From IMG/VR virus record IMGVR_UViG_3300045912_000789, positions 107,910 to 171,909 of that record: a stretch of DNA of 64,000 nt; one strand, 5' to 3'. Below the pieces are notes generated by a model. That model saw nothing but the letters and a program-made list of their open reading frames with translations. It made no database searches and was not told the origin of the DNA. A program made the position numbers and the translations under genes. Numbering within the stretch: the stretch's first letter is position 1; every line of letters begins with the position of its first letter. Source of the stretch: a virus. Shown here piece by piece: positions 8,843-18,424 of the stretch.

Positions 8843-10597
8843 ATGAGCCACTACGCAGAACTGGACCAGGAGATCGTCGCTCTCGGAAACGGGGCGACTT
8901 CGGGCATCTCGCGCGCCGACGCGACGGTGTTCGTCCACGCGCTGCGCAAGCTCGCCGCGCAGGGCGCGCCGGCACCGGATGCCGACCTCGCCGAGCACGC
9001 GACCGAGGTCGCGATGGGCGAGGAGGCTTCGCCCGCCGAGGCCGCGATGCACACGCAGGCCGGGGTGCCGGACGAGAGCGGCCACCTCGAAGGCGAGTTC
9101 GCCGTCCCGCTCGACCAGGTCGTCATGACCCTCGCGCAGATCGTCTCGAACAGCATGCGGCAGCACACCGCGTACTCGTTCTACGGCGAGATGATGCGAG
9201 ATCTCGGGCGCGGCGAGCTGGCCGAGCTGTTCGACGAGCAGGGCAAGGACGAGATGAAGGAGATGAAGTACTTCCTTCGTCGGATGTCCGTGCTCCACCC
9301 GGGCGGCGTGCCGATCCCGGTGGCGCCGACGCCGGAGCCCAGCGCCGACGTCTCGGTCGCACTGCGCTACCTCATCGCCGGCGAGCAGCAGGCGATCGTC
9401 CTGTTCAAGACGCTGCACTCGATGCTCGGGGACAACCCGATGAAGTACACCATCGAGCAGACGATGACAGACGCCCAGGAGCACCTCGATCGTCTCTGGC
9501 AGTACATGCCGGCGACCGAGGCTCCGAAGCAGGCCGGCGCCAAGATCGCGAGCGTCATCACGCGCATGAAGCTCGCGGCGCGCACCGGGGCAGAGACCGC
9601 GCTCGGTCAGGCACTCCAGCAGGGCGTCGAGAAGCCCACGGCGAGCAAGCAGGCGTCGCCCCAGTGGCCCTCGCCGAGCCCCGGGGCGATCCCCGTGGGG
9701 CAGCCCGGCACTGAGCCGCTCAGCACGGTCATCGGTCGCGAGGCGCTGCTCCAGCAGGCGCAGCTCATGAACGAGAACCAGGACCTGCGTGCGCGCATGG
9801 ACCAGGCCGCTCAGCAGCAGCTCATGGCGCAGCAGCAGCTCGAAAGCCTCGGCGCGGAGAACGAGAACCTCCAGATGCAGGCCATGCAGGCCAGCGATCA
9901 GGCGCAGATGGCGACCGAGCAGGCGCAGCTCTCCAGCGAGCAGGCGGCGGCGCAGGCGGACGCGAAGATGCGGCTCGCGATCCGCGTGCAGCAGCTCCGC
10001 CAGAACCTCGCCGACATCGTCTCGGCCGACCCCGTCCAGGAGGAGGGTGTCGGCTTCGGCGAGCAGGCCGGCCCCGGCAGCGTCGCGACGTCGTCGCAGC
10101 AGAACCAGATGGCCCAGCAGGCCGCCGCCATGGACCCCACCGGCGGCACCGGCGGAGCCCCCACCCAGGAGGCCGCCGAGGAACAGCAGCAGGCCGCCAA
10201 CGCGCAGCAGGAGGCTCAGCAGCAGACCGCCCAGGCCCAGCAGAAGACCAAGGCGGACAGCTCGAAGCCGAAGGGCAAGGGCGGCACGACGGTCTCCGTG
10301 AAGACCTCGGGCATGCCCTCGCTCGTCAAGAAGCCGCTCGTCGAGGCGGGTCACGCGATCGGCGAGGGCATCGGGCAGCACCTCGAACAGGCCGGCAGCG
10401 ACGCCATGCGCGGCGGGCTGAAGACGCTCAAGGAGCGCGTCCGCGCCTACGGCAAGGACCCGAAGGTCGTCGGCGGGGCTGCGCTCGCCGCCGGCGGCTA
10501 CGTCGGCGCGAAGGCGCACGGCATCAAGAAGCAGCACGAGCGCGACCGAACCCAGAAGGACATCCTGAAGGCCGTCCAGTCGATGGCGAACCGCTGA
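8843..10597 (+). CDS. virion-module protein with bacterioferritin-like four-helix domain and Gln-rich coiled coil
   Basis: 9110-9508 encodes ELAELFDEQGKDEMKEMKYFLRRM ... AGEQQAI ... TDAQEHLDRL with Bfr-like spacing. Confidence 0.65.
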   Translation: MSHYAELDQEIVALGNGATSGISRADATVFVHALRKLAAQGAPAPDADLAEHATEVAMGEEASPAEAAMHTQAGVPDESGHLEGEFAVPLDQVVMTLAQIVSNSMRQHTAYSFYGEMMRDLGRGELAELFDEQGKDEMKEMKYFLRRMSVLHPGGVPIPVAPTPEPSADVSVALRYLIAGEQQAIVLFKTLHSMLGDNPMKYTIEQTMTDAQEHLDRLWQYMPATEAPKQAGAKIASVITRMKLAARTGAETALGQALQQGVEKPTASKQASPQWPSPSPGAIPVGQPGTEPLSTVIGREALLQQAQLMNENQDLRARMDQAAQQQLMAQQQLESLGAENENLQMQAMQASDQAQMATEQAQLSSEQAAAQADAKMRLAIRVQQLRQNLADIVSADPVQEEGVGFGEQAGPGSVATSSQQNQMAQQAAAMDPTGGTGGAPTQEAAEEQQQAANAQQEAQQQTAQAQQKTKADSSKPKGKGGTTVSVKTSGMPSLVKKPLVEAGHAIGEGIGQHLEQAGSDAMRGGLKTLKERVRAYGKDPKVVGGAALAAGGYVGAKAHGIKKQHERDRTQKDILKAVQSMANR

Positions 10598-10608
10598 AGG
10601 AGACGATC

Positions 10609-12420
10609 ATGAGCCACGTCAACGATCTGGAGGACTTCGTCAACGATCTCTCCGCCCCGGTGAAGATCGCGGAGACGGACCTCGACAACCTCAGCCTCCC
10701 CGAGCTGGAGGCCCTCATGGGTCTCGATCTCACGGAGGACAACGAGAAGGTCGCGTACCTCAACGCCTGCGTGAAGAGCGCGTACGGCGACGACCGGTAC
10801 GGGTCCTGGCTCGATCAGTTCGCCGGCTCGCCGCTGCACGCGAAGGCCCTCCAGCTCTGCGAGGAGGAGCTGGGTCTGGAGCAGGAGCGGCTCCAGCGTC
10901 GGATCGAGCGGCAGGAGCAGAACCAGGGCGACGACGACATCTGGACGCGGCAGGACATGCTGCGACTCCAGAAGGACATGCTCATGCTGGAGCTGCACAA
11001 GTCGAAGGCCGGTCCCGGAGGCGGCAAGGACCCGACGATGCAGCCCCAGGCCGGCGCGGGGCCCGCGGCCGAGGCGCCCCCGAAGCCGGGCAAGACCACC
11101 CCGCCCAAGGAGGGCAAGACCGCCTCGGACGTCCAGACGGTCGGCCAGATCAACAACGGAGACCCGGCCCAGCCGTCGTGGCCTCGCGCCTCGCTCGGCG
11201 TGGACGCGGCGGGTCGGCGGGCGACCCCCGAGGAGGAAGCCGCCCAGGGGCGCGCCGACACCCACGTGCAGCACCGTGATCCCGTCACGAAGTCGGCGGG
11301 CGCGGCGACGCAGCTCGGCGAGGCCGTGATGAAGCGCATCGATCGCGCGCCGGGCGCCGTCCAGCGCGGGGTCGGGATGCTCCACAACGTCGGCGCTCGG
11401 CTGGGCGCGAAGTCCACCGAGAGCGCGGTCGGGCGCGGCATCATGGCGGCCGGCGGGGCTGCGGCGGGAGCAGGTGCGCTCGGTGCCGGGGCACTCGCCT
11501 CGCGCAAGAAGGAGTCCAGCGATCTCACAACTTCGGAGCGCGAGGACCTCAAGAAGAAGCAGTTCGCGCTGCCGGAGAAGAGGAAGTACCCGATCCCCGA
11601 CGAGGCCCATGCCCGCAACGCGCTCGCTCGCGCGGCACAGTTCGCTTCGCCCGAGGAGCAGAAGCGCATCCGGGCGGCCGTCGATCGGAAGTTCCCCGGC
11701 ATCCAGCTCACCAGCGCCAGCAAGCCGGCGAAGCCCACGGTCGGTCTGCACCACGTGCCCGACAGCAAGAAGGAGTCCTCGCTCCTCGCGGCCGTGGGGG
11801 GCCACCGCGGCCTCCCTTTCGGCGATGAGGGCAAGATCGCGAGCGTCATGAGCACGCTCGCGATGGATGCCGGGTCGCAGGCGAAGCACCTCGCGCGCAT
11901 GGGGTCCTACGCCCGCAACGTGCAGAAGGTCCCGCACGCCGTGGTCGCCGCTCGCAACGCGGAGATGCGTGCGTTCACCCCGAAGGCGCTCCCGACGGCC
12001 GCCGCGGCAGCCACCCACACCCCGCCCCCGGTCGCAGTGACGGTGGCCAAGAAGAAGACCCCCACGCAGGCGATCGACCCGATGGCGCTGTCGCGTCATC
12101 TCGCCCAGACCAACCCCCAGCAGGCCATCCAGGCCGGGCGGCAGTTCGGGGCGCCGGTGGTCGGCAACGCGGCGGTGCTCGATCAGCTCTCGCAGATGAG
12201 TTTCGGCAAGCTCAGCGTGAGCAAGAGCTGGATCACTCGCGTCATCCGGCGGGCGAAGGCCACCAAGCTGCGGGTTCGGGACTCCGCTCAGAAGCATGAG
12301 GCAGCGTGGTGGGATCACCGCGTGAAGGGGACCGAACTCACGGACGCGGCCAAGAAGCGCGGCTTGGCTGCTGACGAGCTAGCCGACAAGTTCAAGAGCA
12401 TGAAGGGAGCCATGAGCTGA
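10609..12420 (+). CDS. modular internal head protein with DUF6582-like domain
   Basis: LTTSEREDLKKKQFALPEKRKYPIPDEAHARNALAR at 11521-11703; K-x-A/S motifs between segments. Confidence 0.6.
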   Translation: MSHVNDLEDFVNDLSAPVKIAETDLDNLSLPELEALMGLDLTEDNEKVAYLNACVKSAYGDDRYGSWLDQFAGSPLHAKALQLCEEELGLEQERLQRRIERQEQNQGDDDIWTRQDMLRLQKDMLMLELHKSKAGPGGGKDPTMQPQAGAGPAAEAPPKPGKTTPPKEGKTASDVQTVGQINNGDPAQPSWPRASLGVDAAGRRATPEEEAAQGRADTHVQHRDPVTKSAGAATQLGEAVMKRIDRAPGAVQRGVGMLHNVGARLGAKSTESAVGRGIMAAGGAAAGAGALGAGALASRKKESSDLTTSEREDLKKKQFALPEKRKYPIPDEAHARNALARAAQFASPEEQKRIRAAVDRKFPGIQLTSASKPAKPTVGLHHVPDSKKESSLLAAVGGHRGLPFGDEGKIASVMSTLAMDAGSQAKHLARMGSYARNVQKVPHAVVAARNAEMRAFTPKALPTAAAAATHTPPPVAVTVAKKKTPTQAIDPMALSRHLAQTNPQQAIQAGRQFGAPVVGNAAVLDQLSQMSFGKLSVSKSWITRVIRRAKATKLRVRDSAQKHEAAWWDHRVKGTELTDAAKKRGLAADELADKFKSMKGAMS

Positions 12421-13331
12421 TGCTGCCCATCGAACGGCTCCGGGTGCGAAGCCTGGACGTGGACTCGAACGAGGTCACGTGGGGGATCGCAGGATCTTCC
12501 ATGGAGGACGCGCTCGACTACACGTTCCAGGTCTTCCGCTCGGAGTCGCCCGAGGGCCCGTTCGAGCCGATCACGCAGACGTTCGAGGACCGCTACATCT
12601 TCGTCGACCGGCGTCTCCCCGCCGGCGACAAGTTCCGCCAGATCTGGTACCGGCTGCGCGTCACGAAGAAGGGTGGCCAGACGCCGGTCTTCGAGGACTT
12701 CGGCCCGGTCTGCCGACAGGCCGAGCCCGATCTCGTCGCGAACTACATCCGCCGCATGGAGCTGACGCTGTTCACGCAGGCGACGGCGCGGCTCTGCTGG
12801 CTGTTCAAGCGGCGGACGTTCGGAGCCCGCTGCCCGTCGTGCTGGGATCCGGTGAGCGGCAAGAAGGCTCGGGCGAACTGCCTGACCTGCTACCAGACCG
12901 GCTTCCTCCGAGGCTACCTCAACCCCATCGAGGTCTGGATCCAGATCGATCCGGCCGCGAAGGCCCAGCAGAACCAGGGCCAGCAGGCCGCTCAGCACAC
13001 CGCGACCACCGCCCGAACGTCGTTCTACCCGAACATCGTGCCGGGCGACGTGATCGTCGAGGCCGAGAACAAGCGCTGGCGCGTCGACAAGGTCACCCAG
13101 TCGGAGCGCCTTCGTACCCCGATCAAGCAGGAGCTGGTGCTCCTTCAGATCAACGACACCGACATCGAGTACAAGCTCCCGATCAACCTGGACGAGGCGC
13201 TGCGCGACATCCAGCCGTCGCCGCCTCGGATGTTCACGAACCCCACGGACATCCAGTCGTCGATCGACGAGCGTACCCCCGACGTCTTCGCGAACTACCG
13301 CACGTACCCGCGCGGTCCCCTGGAGGAGTGA
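12420..13331 (+). CDS. putative head-completion/neck protein with Zn ribbon
   Basis: CPSCWDP...NCLTCYQTGF followed by beta-rich GDVIVE..RWRV. Confidence 0.55.
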   Translation: MLPIERLRVRSLDVDSNEVTWGIAGSSMEDALDYTFQVFRSESPEGPFEPITQTFEDRYIFVDRRLPAGDKFRQIWYRLRVTKKGGQTPVFEDFGPVCRQAEPDLVANYIRRMELTLFTQATARLCWLFKRRTFGARCPSCWDPVSGKKARANCLTCYQTGFLRGYLNPIEVWIQIDPAAKAQQNQGQQAAQHTATTARTSFYPNIVPGDVIVEAENKRWRVDKVTQSERLRTPIKQELVLLQINDTDIEYKLPINLDEALRDIQPSPPRMFTNPTDIQSSIDERTPDVFANYRTYPRGPLEE

Positions 13332-13921
13332 TGCGATCCGAAGCACCGAGCGAGAAGAGCTACCACCGCGCCATCCACCGGCGCGACGTCGCCGAGGGCG
13401 CGGCCAAGGGCGGGCTCGTCGGGGCGGTCGCCGGGGCCGGCCTGAAGCGCCTGGGCCACAAGGCGGGCCCGCTCGCCGGCGCGGCCCTGGGAACCCTCGT
13501 GGGCGGGGGAGCTGGGCATCTGAAGGGCAGGGAGCGTACGCTTCGGGACACGACCACCCAGGAGCGTCAGCACATGCGCACCGAAGCACGAACGAAGAAG
13601 AGCAGCGTCGAGGACGCCTTCATGCAGGGCTTCGAGGACGGGATGGCGAAGGAGGCCGTCCTGCCCGCGCTCGCGGCGGTCGGTGCACGCGTCGCGCCCA
13701 TGCTCGCGCGGGCGACGCCGATGCTGGCGAACCTCGGGCGCTCGCTCGTGGGCGGCGGCATGCGTGCGGCGAACGCCGTGGGCATGGGCCAGATGGCGAC
13801 CGATCTCGTCCGCAAGGGCGTCCGCTCGTCGCCGAACTTCATGCGCAACGCCGGCATCGCCGGCATCGGTGCGGGCGCGGCCGGGCTCGCCGGCGCCGGG
13901 TACATGGCAGGACGAAGCTGA
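13331..13921 (+). CDS. glycine-zipper virion protein
   Basis: TGATG coupling; GGLVGAVAGAG and AGAALGTLVGGGAG; AFMQGFEDGMAKEA. Confidence 0.6.
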   Translation: MRSEAPSEKSYHRAIHRRDVAEGAAKGGLVGAVAGAGLKRLGHKAGPLAGAALGTLVGGGAGHLKGRERTLRDTTTQERQHMRTEARTKKSSVEDAFMQGFEDGMAKEAVLPALAAVGARVAPMLARATPMLANLGRSLVGGGMRAANAVGMGQMATDLVRKGVRSSPNFMRNAGIAGIGAGAAGLAGAGYMAGRS

Positions 13922-14478
13922 TGGATCCGGTCTTCGACACGTTCGGGGAGAAGGTCGCGGCGCTCACCCCCATGGTGCGCCCCGGCCTCCTCGAACGTTC
14001 GCAGTTCAAGCTGATGCGGACCCGGGCGCCGAGCGCGCCCCGGGCTCCGATGCCCGGCACCTTCGGGATCTCGACGAAGACCGCCGTCGGGGTCGACGAC
14101 ATCAGCACTGTCGTCCACGAGGATCCACTGCCCTCGACGCACAAGGGCCTCGCTCGGAAGAAGACGGCCATGGTCCACCCGTCGATGCAGGCGCCGTCCG
14201 AGACGATGACCCGCGAGAAGTGGAAGCAGACGTTCAAGGACGTCCCGATCTCCATCCTCGCCGGCGGCGTGGGCTACGGCATCGGCCGGACGCTCGCCGA
14301 GGTGATCGGCGAGAAGACCGTCGGCAAGATCATGGTCGAGGGTGGTGGCACGCTGAACGCCACGATGCGACCTGGGTGGGTGAAGGCCATGCCGTTCGTG
14401 ACGGCAGCCCTCACTGCCGGCGGCGCGTACGCCGGCAGCCGGCTCCGCGAGGGGCTGAAGAAGCGGAGGGAGGGGTGA
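13921..14478 (+). CDS. hypothetical virion protein with Gly-rich hydrophobic helices
   Basis: TGATG coupling; N-terminal FGEKVAA. Confidence 0.6.
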   Translation: MDPVFDTFGEKVAALTPMVRPGLLERSQFKLMRTRAPSAPRAPMPGTFGISTKTAVGVDDISTVVHEDPLPSTHKGLARKKTAMVHPSMQAPSETMTREKWKQTFKDVPISILAGGVGYGIGRTLAEVIGEKTVGKIMVEGGGTLNATMRPGWVKAMPFVTAALTAGGAYAGSRLREGLKKRREG

Positions 14479-15299
14479 GCGCGACGACCCCCACGACTCC
14501 CGAAGGACCGCTCGTCGGACGAGGCGTCTTCGCTCCGTCTTTCGAGGTCGTGCGCCATGTGATCTCGTTCCTGAAGTGGCGCTTCTCGAAGTTGCCGCAG
14601 GGTGCCTACCGCTACGATGCCGACGCGGAGGGGCCCGAGCAGAAGAACAGCGAGATCTACATCGGCGCGGACACACCGTACCGTCCGGAGTCGATGGGCA
14701 AGCGCCCCGCGATCACGGTGCTGCGCTCGCAGCTCGTGGGGGCCGGCGTCGGACTGGGCGACCTCGCTTTCGTGGATCTCGCGACCGGGGCCAAGGTCCG
14801 CATGGACATGTACCCCACGAACATCATGATCAACGTGCTCAGCACGGAGCCGGTCGAGGCCGAGGGGATCGCCTGGTTCATCCTCCGCGAGATCTCGGCG
14901 TTCCGCGACGAGATCTGCAAGGAGTCGAAGGGCCTGATCCTCTACATGGGGACCAGGCCGATGGTGTCCCCGCCGTCGCCGGCGGGATCGCTCGTCGACT
15001 CCCCCGAGGTGGAATGGACGGCCGTCGTGCTGTCCTACCCCTGCTACATCCAGGAGCAGGTCACGATGCTGCCGCTCAACCGGCCGATCGTGCAGGGAAT
15101 CGACGTCACCGCAACCACCAGCCCTCCGGCCGCTCCCGTCGAGCCGGCGGTTCAACTACAGGGGACGGCGGTACTTCAGCCGCCCCAGACGGGCTCGGAC
15201 CGCGCTGCTGCAACGGGTGCTGGCGCGGATCTTCCACAGACGGGCCAAGACGAGGCACAATACAGCGAGCCTCTGACGGTCAAGATCCAGACCCGCTAA
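14475..15299 (+). CDS. putative tail terminator/completion protein
   Basis: GTG 14475 after GGAGGGAGG; KRPAITVLR motif; immediately before sheath. Confidence 0.5.
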   Translation: MSATTPTTPEGPLVGRGVFAPSFEVVRHVISFLKWRFSKLPQGAYRYDADAEGPEQKNSEIYIGADTPYRPESMGKRPAITVLRSQLVGAGVGLGDLAFVDLATGAKVRMDMYPTNIMINVLSTEPVEAEGIAWFILREISAFRDEICKESKGLILYMGTRPMVSPPSPAGSLVDSPEVEWTAVVLSYPCYIQEQVTMLPLNRPIVQGIDVTATTSPPAAPVEPAVQLQGTAVLQPPQTGSDRAAATGAGADLPQTGQDEAQYSEPLTVKIQTR

Positions 15300-15311
15300 G
15301 GAGAACAGCAC

Positions 15312-18300
15312 ATGGCCAGCCCCACCATCGAGAGGCCCAGCGTCCAGGTCATCCAGGAGTTCCGGACCGTCAGCCCGACCATCCTCGTCCCCACGATGCC
15401 CGCGTGCGTCATGGGTCCGTGCGTCCAGGTCGTGGAGGCGGTGCAGGACGACGGGAGCCTGAACCCCGAGGCCCGCATCGCGCTCCCCGCGCGCATCCCC
15501 TTCGCCTTCGTGTCGTCGCCGTTCGAGTACGCGGCCATCGGCACCGACGCGCTGGAGGTCAGCGTCAACAACGCCGCGGCGGAGCAGGTCGTGTTCCCGA
15601 CCGGCCCGAACCTCACGGTCGATCAGGTCGCCGACGCGATCAACGAGGAGGCCATCCCCGGCCTCCTCGCGGTGGTGGAGACGAGCGGCACGCAGAAGCG
15701 CGTCGTCATCTACACGACCGTGACCGGCGAGAACGCCTCGCTGGAGATCGGCGCGGGCACCCACGCCGACGTCATCGCGGCCTTCGGGATCACCCGTGGG
15801 TACCGGAACGTCGGTGCGTCCGGCTACAACAACTACTGGGCGCTACGCCTGGGCAAGCCGGACTACCCCGATCCGCGCGACATCATCGACGAGGTCACGA
15901 TCGACTTCGACACCGTCCGCCTGTTCATCAACGACGGGTCGGGCACGGTGCGCGAGGCGCTGCGCACCGAGTCGTTCCTCGACGGCGCGACGGCGGCGGT
16001 GACCGTCCAGGACGACGGCGACGGGGACAACCTCTCGCCGTACCTGAACTTCGCCGGCGCGGTCTTCCACGACAAGCCGGCGCAGCTCGTCGGCACGGTC
16101 GACTGGACGACCCTCACCTACCCCGGCGACTTCGGCGTGCTCACGCTGGAGATCATCATCAACGGCGTGACCGTGGTGGTGACCTTCGCCAACCCGGCCG
16201 ACGCCACCGCGGCGGCGCTGGCCATCAACACCGCGCTCGGCGTCAACGGCACCTGCGTGCTGAACGGCTCGAACCAGCCGGTCATCACGTCGGCGATCAC
16301 CGGCGCCGGTTCGTCGGTCGAGATCGGCGCCGCCGGCACCATCAACGAGGCGACCATCGGCCTGGCGGTGGGCTCGTACGCGGCGGGCCGCCCGAGCCGT
16401 GCCCGTGCGCAGGGCATCACCGACCTCACGGCGGTGGTCTACGCGTCGGACGTGCAGGGCCGCGTGCTCCGCATGAGCGTCGACGGCGAGCAGTTCCAGC
16501 AGCTCGTGATGCCGGTGACCGTCGTCTCCGCGGCGACGCTCGTCTCGGCGATCAACGCGCTCTGGGGCAACATCGCGAGCCTCAACGGCGCGAACCGGCT
16601 TGTGCTCCGCAGCCTGGCCACCTTCGGTGGTCGGGAGTCGGAGATCCGGGTCGACAAGACCGCGTCGGACGCCACGCTCCTCACGGCCATCGGCCTCACC
16701 GGCGTCAGCGCGCCGTTCCAGACCGTGAGCGTCGTCTACGGCAACGCTTTCTCGCCGCTCGTCGGCGACGAGGTGTGGGTCAACGGCGTGCGCGTCGGCG
16801 AGATCACGGAGGTGCCGGCGACCCCGGACAACCGCCTCCGCCTCAGCGCCGAGCAGCTCCTGACCTACACCGGGTCGTCCTGGATGATCGTGGCGAAGGG
16901 CCTCGACAACAGCGCGGCCACGGCGACGCGGCCCTCCAGCGATCTCCGGGTCGACGTGACCTCGGGGGCGGTGCGGACGAAGCACAACCTCTTCCGCGAG
17001 TCGAACGGCACGCCGACGAACGTCGGGCCGCTCGCGACGTACCTGGCGTACAACGCGCTCCGCAAGGACGTGTCGCCCGCCGGCACGGACTTCAACCTCC
17101 TCCGCTTCGGCACCACGACCGATCTGGAGGCCGCGCTCGCACCGCTCGACACGCAGAACCCGCTCGGGCTCGGGATGTACTTCGCCCTCCTCAACGCCCC
17201 CGGCGTCGAGGTGACGGGCCTGGGCGTCGACGAGACCAGCGACACCGAGCCCGAGGGCTCGCTGGCGAGCTACGTGCGCGCCTTCGAGTACCTGGAGTCG
17301 AAGGACGTCTACGGCATCGCGCCGCTCACGCACGCGAACGCCGTGGGCCAGGTCGGCCAGGTGCACGTCGACGAGCTGTCCAAGCCGGAGAACGGCCTGG
17401 AGCGCATCGTCATCCTCAACCCCTCGCGCCCGACGCGGAAGGCGGACACCCTCGTGGCCTCGGCCGCGACGGCGAACGTCGCCGGCCCGCCGACGAACGT
17501 CGTGAACACCGGCATCGCCGATCTCCAGGCGAAGCTGGCGGCGCTCGGCAAGCCCGGGCCCACCTACGTCGAGGCGGACGGCGTCTACCTCAAGTTCGAG
17601 GACGACGAGAACCTCTACCTCATCGAGTCGGTGAGCGGTCCGAACGCGACCGTCAACGACGGCCCGCTGAGCGCGAGCAACACGCTGTTCAAGGACGGCG
17701 GGGGCTCGCCCCTCTTCACCACGGCGATCGTCGATCGCCCGGTGTCGGTCTTCATCCTCGGCGGCAGCCTCGGCAGCCGCACGGACGAGGCCGACGCCTA
17801 TGCCGCCATCGCCCGCGGCTACCTCGACCGCCGCGTCATCTGCACGGCGCCCGACACCGCGAAGGCGTCGATCGACGGGCTGGAGACCCAGCTCGCCGGC
17901 TACTACCTCGCGGCGGCGCTCGCCGGCAAGATGTCGGCGGTCTCGCCGAGCCAGCCGCTCACGAACGAGACGCTCGCGGGCTTCACCGGGGTCATCGGGT
18001 CGCAGGACCGCTACTCCGAGATGCAGCTCAAGATCCTCTCGGGCGGTGGGCTCTGGGTCTTCTACCAGGAGGCCGACGGGCAGCCGGTGAAGACCCGCCA
18101 CCAGCTCACGACCGACATGACGTCGATCGAGAAGCGAGAGACCAGCATCACGCGGGCGCTCGACTTCACGGCGAAGTTCATCCGGGCGGGGCTCAAGAAC
18201 TTCATCGGGCGCTTCAACATCACCCAGAACGTCCAGGACGCGATCTCGATCGTCATCGACGGCCTCGCCGCGTTCCTGATCCGTCAGGGCGTGCTGAAGA

Positions 18301-18416
18301 GCTTCGAGGTCAACGCCATCCGGCAGTCGGCCTCCGCGCCCGACACGCTGGAGATCGACGTCACCGTCGGGGTGCTCTACCCGCTCAACTACATCAAGAT
18401 CACCCTGGTGATCTGA
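15312..18416 (+). CDS. tail sheath protein
   Basis: 1034 aa; N-terminal RPSVQVIQEF and C-terminal LEIDVTVGVLYPLNYIKITL are sheath signatures. Confidence 0.9.
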   Translation: MASPTIERPSVQVIQEFRTVSPTILVPTMPACVMGPCVQVVEAVQDDGSLNPEARIALPARIPFAFVSSPFEYAAIGTDALEVSVNNAAAEQVVFPTGPNLTVDQVADAINEEAIPGLLAVVETSGTQKRVVIYTTVTGENASLEIGAGTHADVIAAFGITRGYRNVGASGYNNYWALRLGKPDYPDPRDIIDEVTIDFDTVRLFINDGSGTVREALRTESFLDGATAAVTVQDDGDGDNLSPYLNFAGAVFHDKPAQLVGTVDWTTLTYPGDFGVLTLEIIINGVTVVVTFANPADATAAALAINTALGVNGTCVLNGSNQPVITSAITGAGSSVEIGAAGTINEATIGLAVGSYAAGRPSRARAQGITDLTAVVYASDVQGRVLRMSVDGEQFQQLVMPVTVVSAATLVSAINALWGNIASLNGANRLVLRSLATFGGRESEIRVDKTASDATLLTAIGLTGVSAPFQTVSVVYGNAFSPLVGDEVWVNGVRVGEITEVPATPDNRLRLSAEQLLTYTGSSWMIVAKGLDNSAATATRPSSDLRVDVTSGAVRTKHNLFRESNGTPTNVGPLATYLAYNALRKDVSPAGTDFNLLRFGTTTDLEAALAPLDTQNPLGLGMYFALLNAPGVEVTGLGVDETSDTEPEGSLASYVRAFEYLESKDVYGIAPLTHANAVGQVGQVHVDELSKPENGLERIVILNPSRPTRKADTLVASAATANVAGPPTNVVNTGIADLQAKLAALGKPGPTYVEADGVYLKFEDDENLYLIESVSGPNATVNDGPLSASNTLFKDGGGSPLFTTAIVDRPVSVFILGGSLGSRTDEADAYAAIARGYLDRRVICTAPDTAKASIDGLETQLAGYYLAAALAGKMSAVSPSQPLTNETLAGFTGVIGSQDRYSEMQLKILSGGGLWVFYQEADGQPVKTRHQLTTDMTSIEKRETSITRALDFTAKFIRAGLKNFIGRFNITQNVQDAISIVIDGLAAFLIRQGVLKSFEVNAIRQSASAPDTLEIDVTVGVLYPLNYIKITLVI

Positions 18417-18424
18417 GGTACGCC

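Noticed and set aside
5222-10597. Encapsulin nanocompartment operon (shell plus ferritin-like cargo)
   Set aside because: Protease, neck, sheath and tube genes in the same module indicate a tailed phage.
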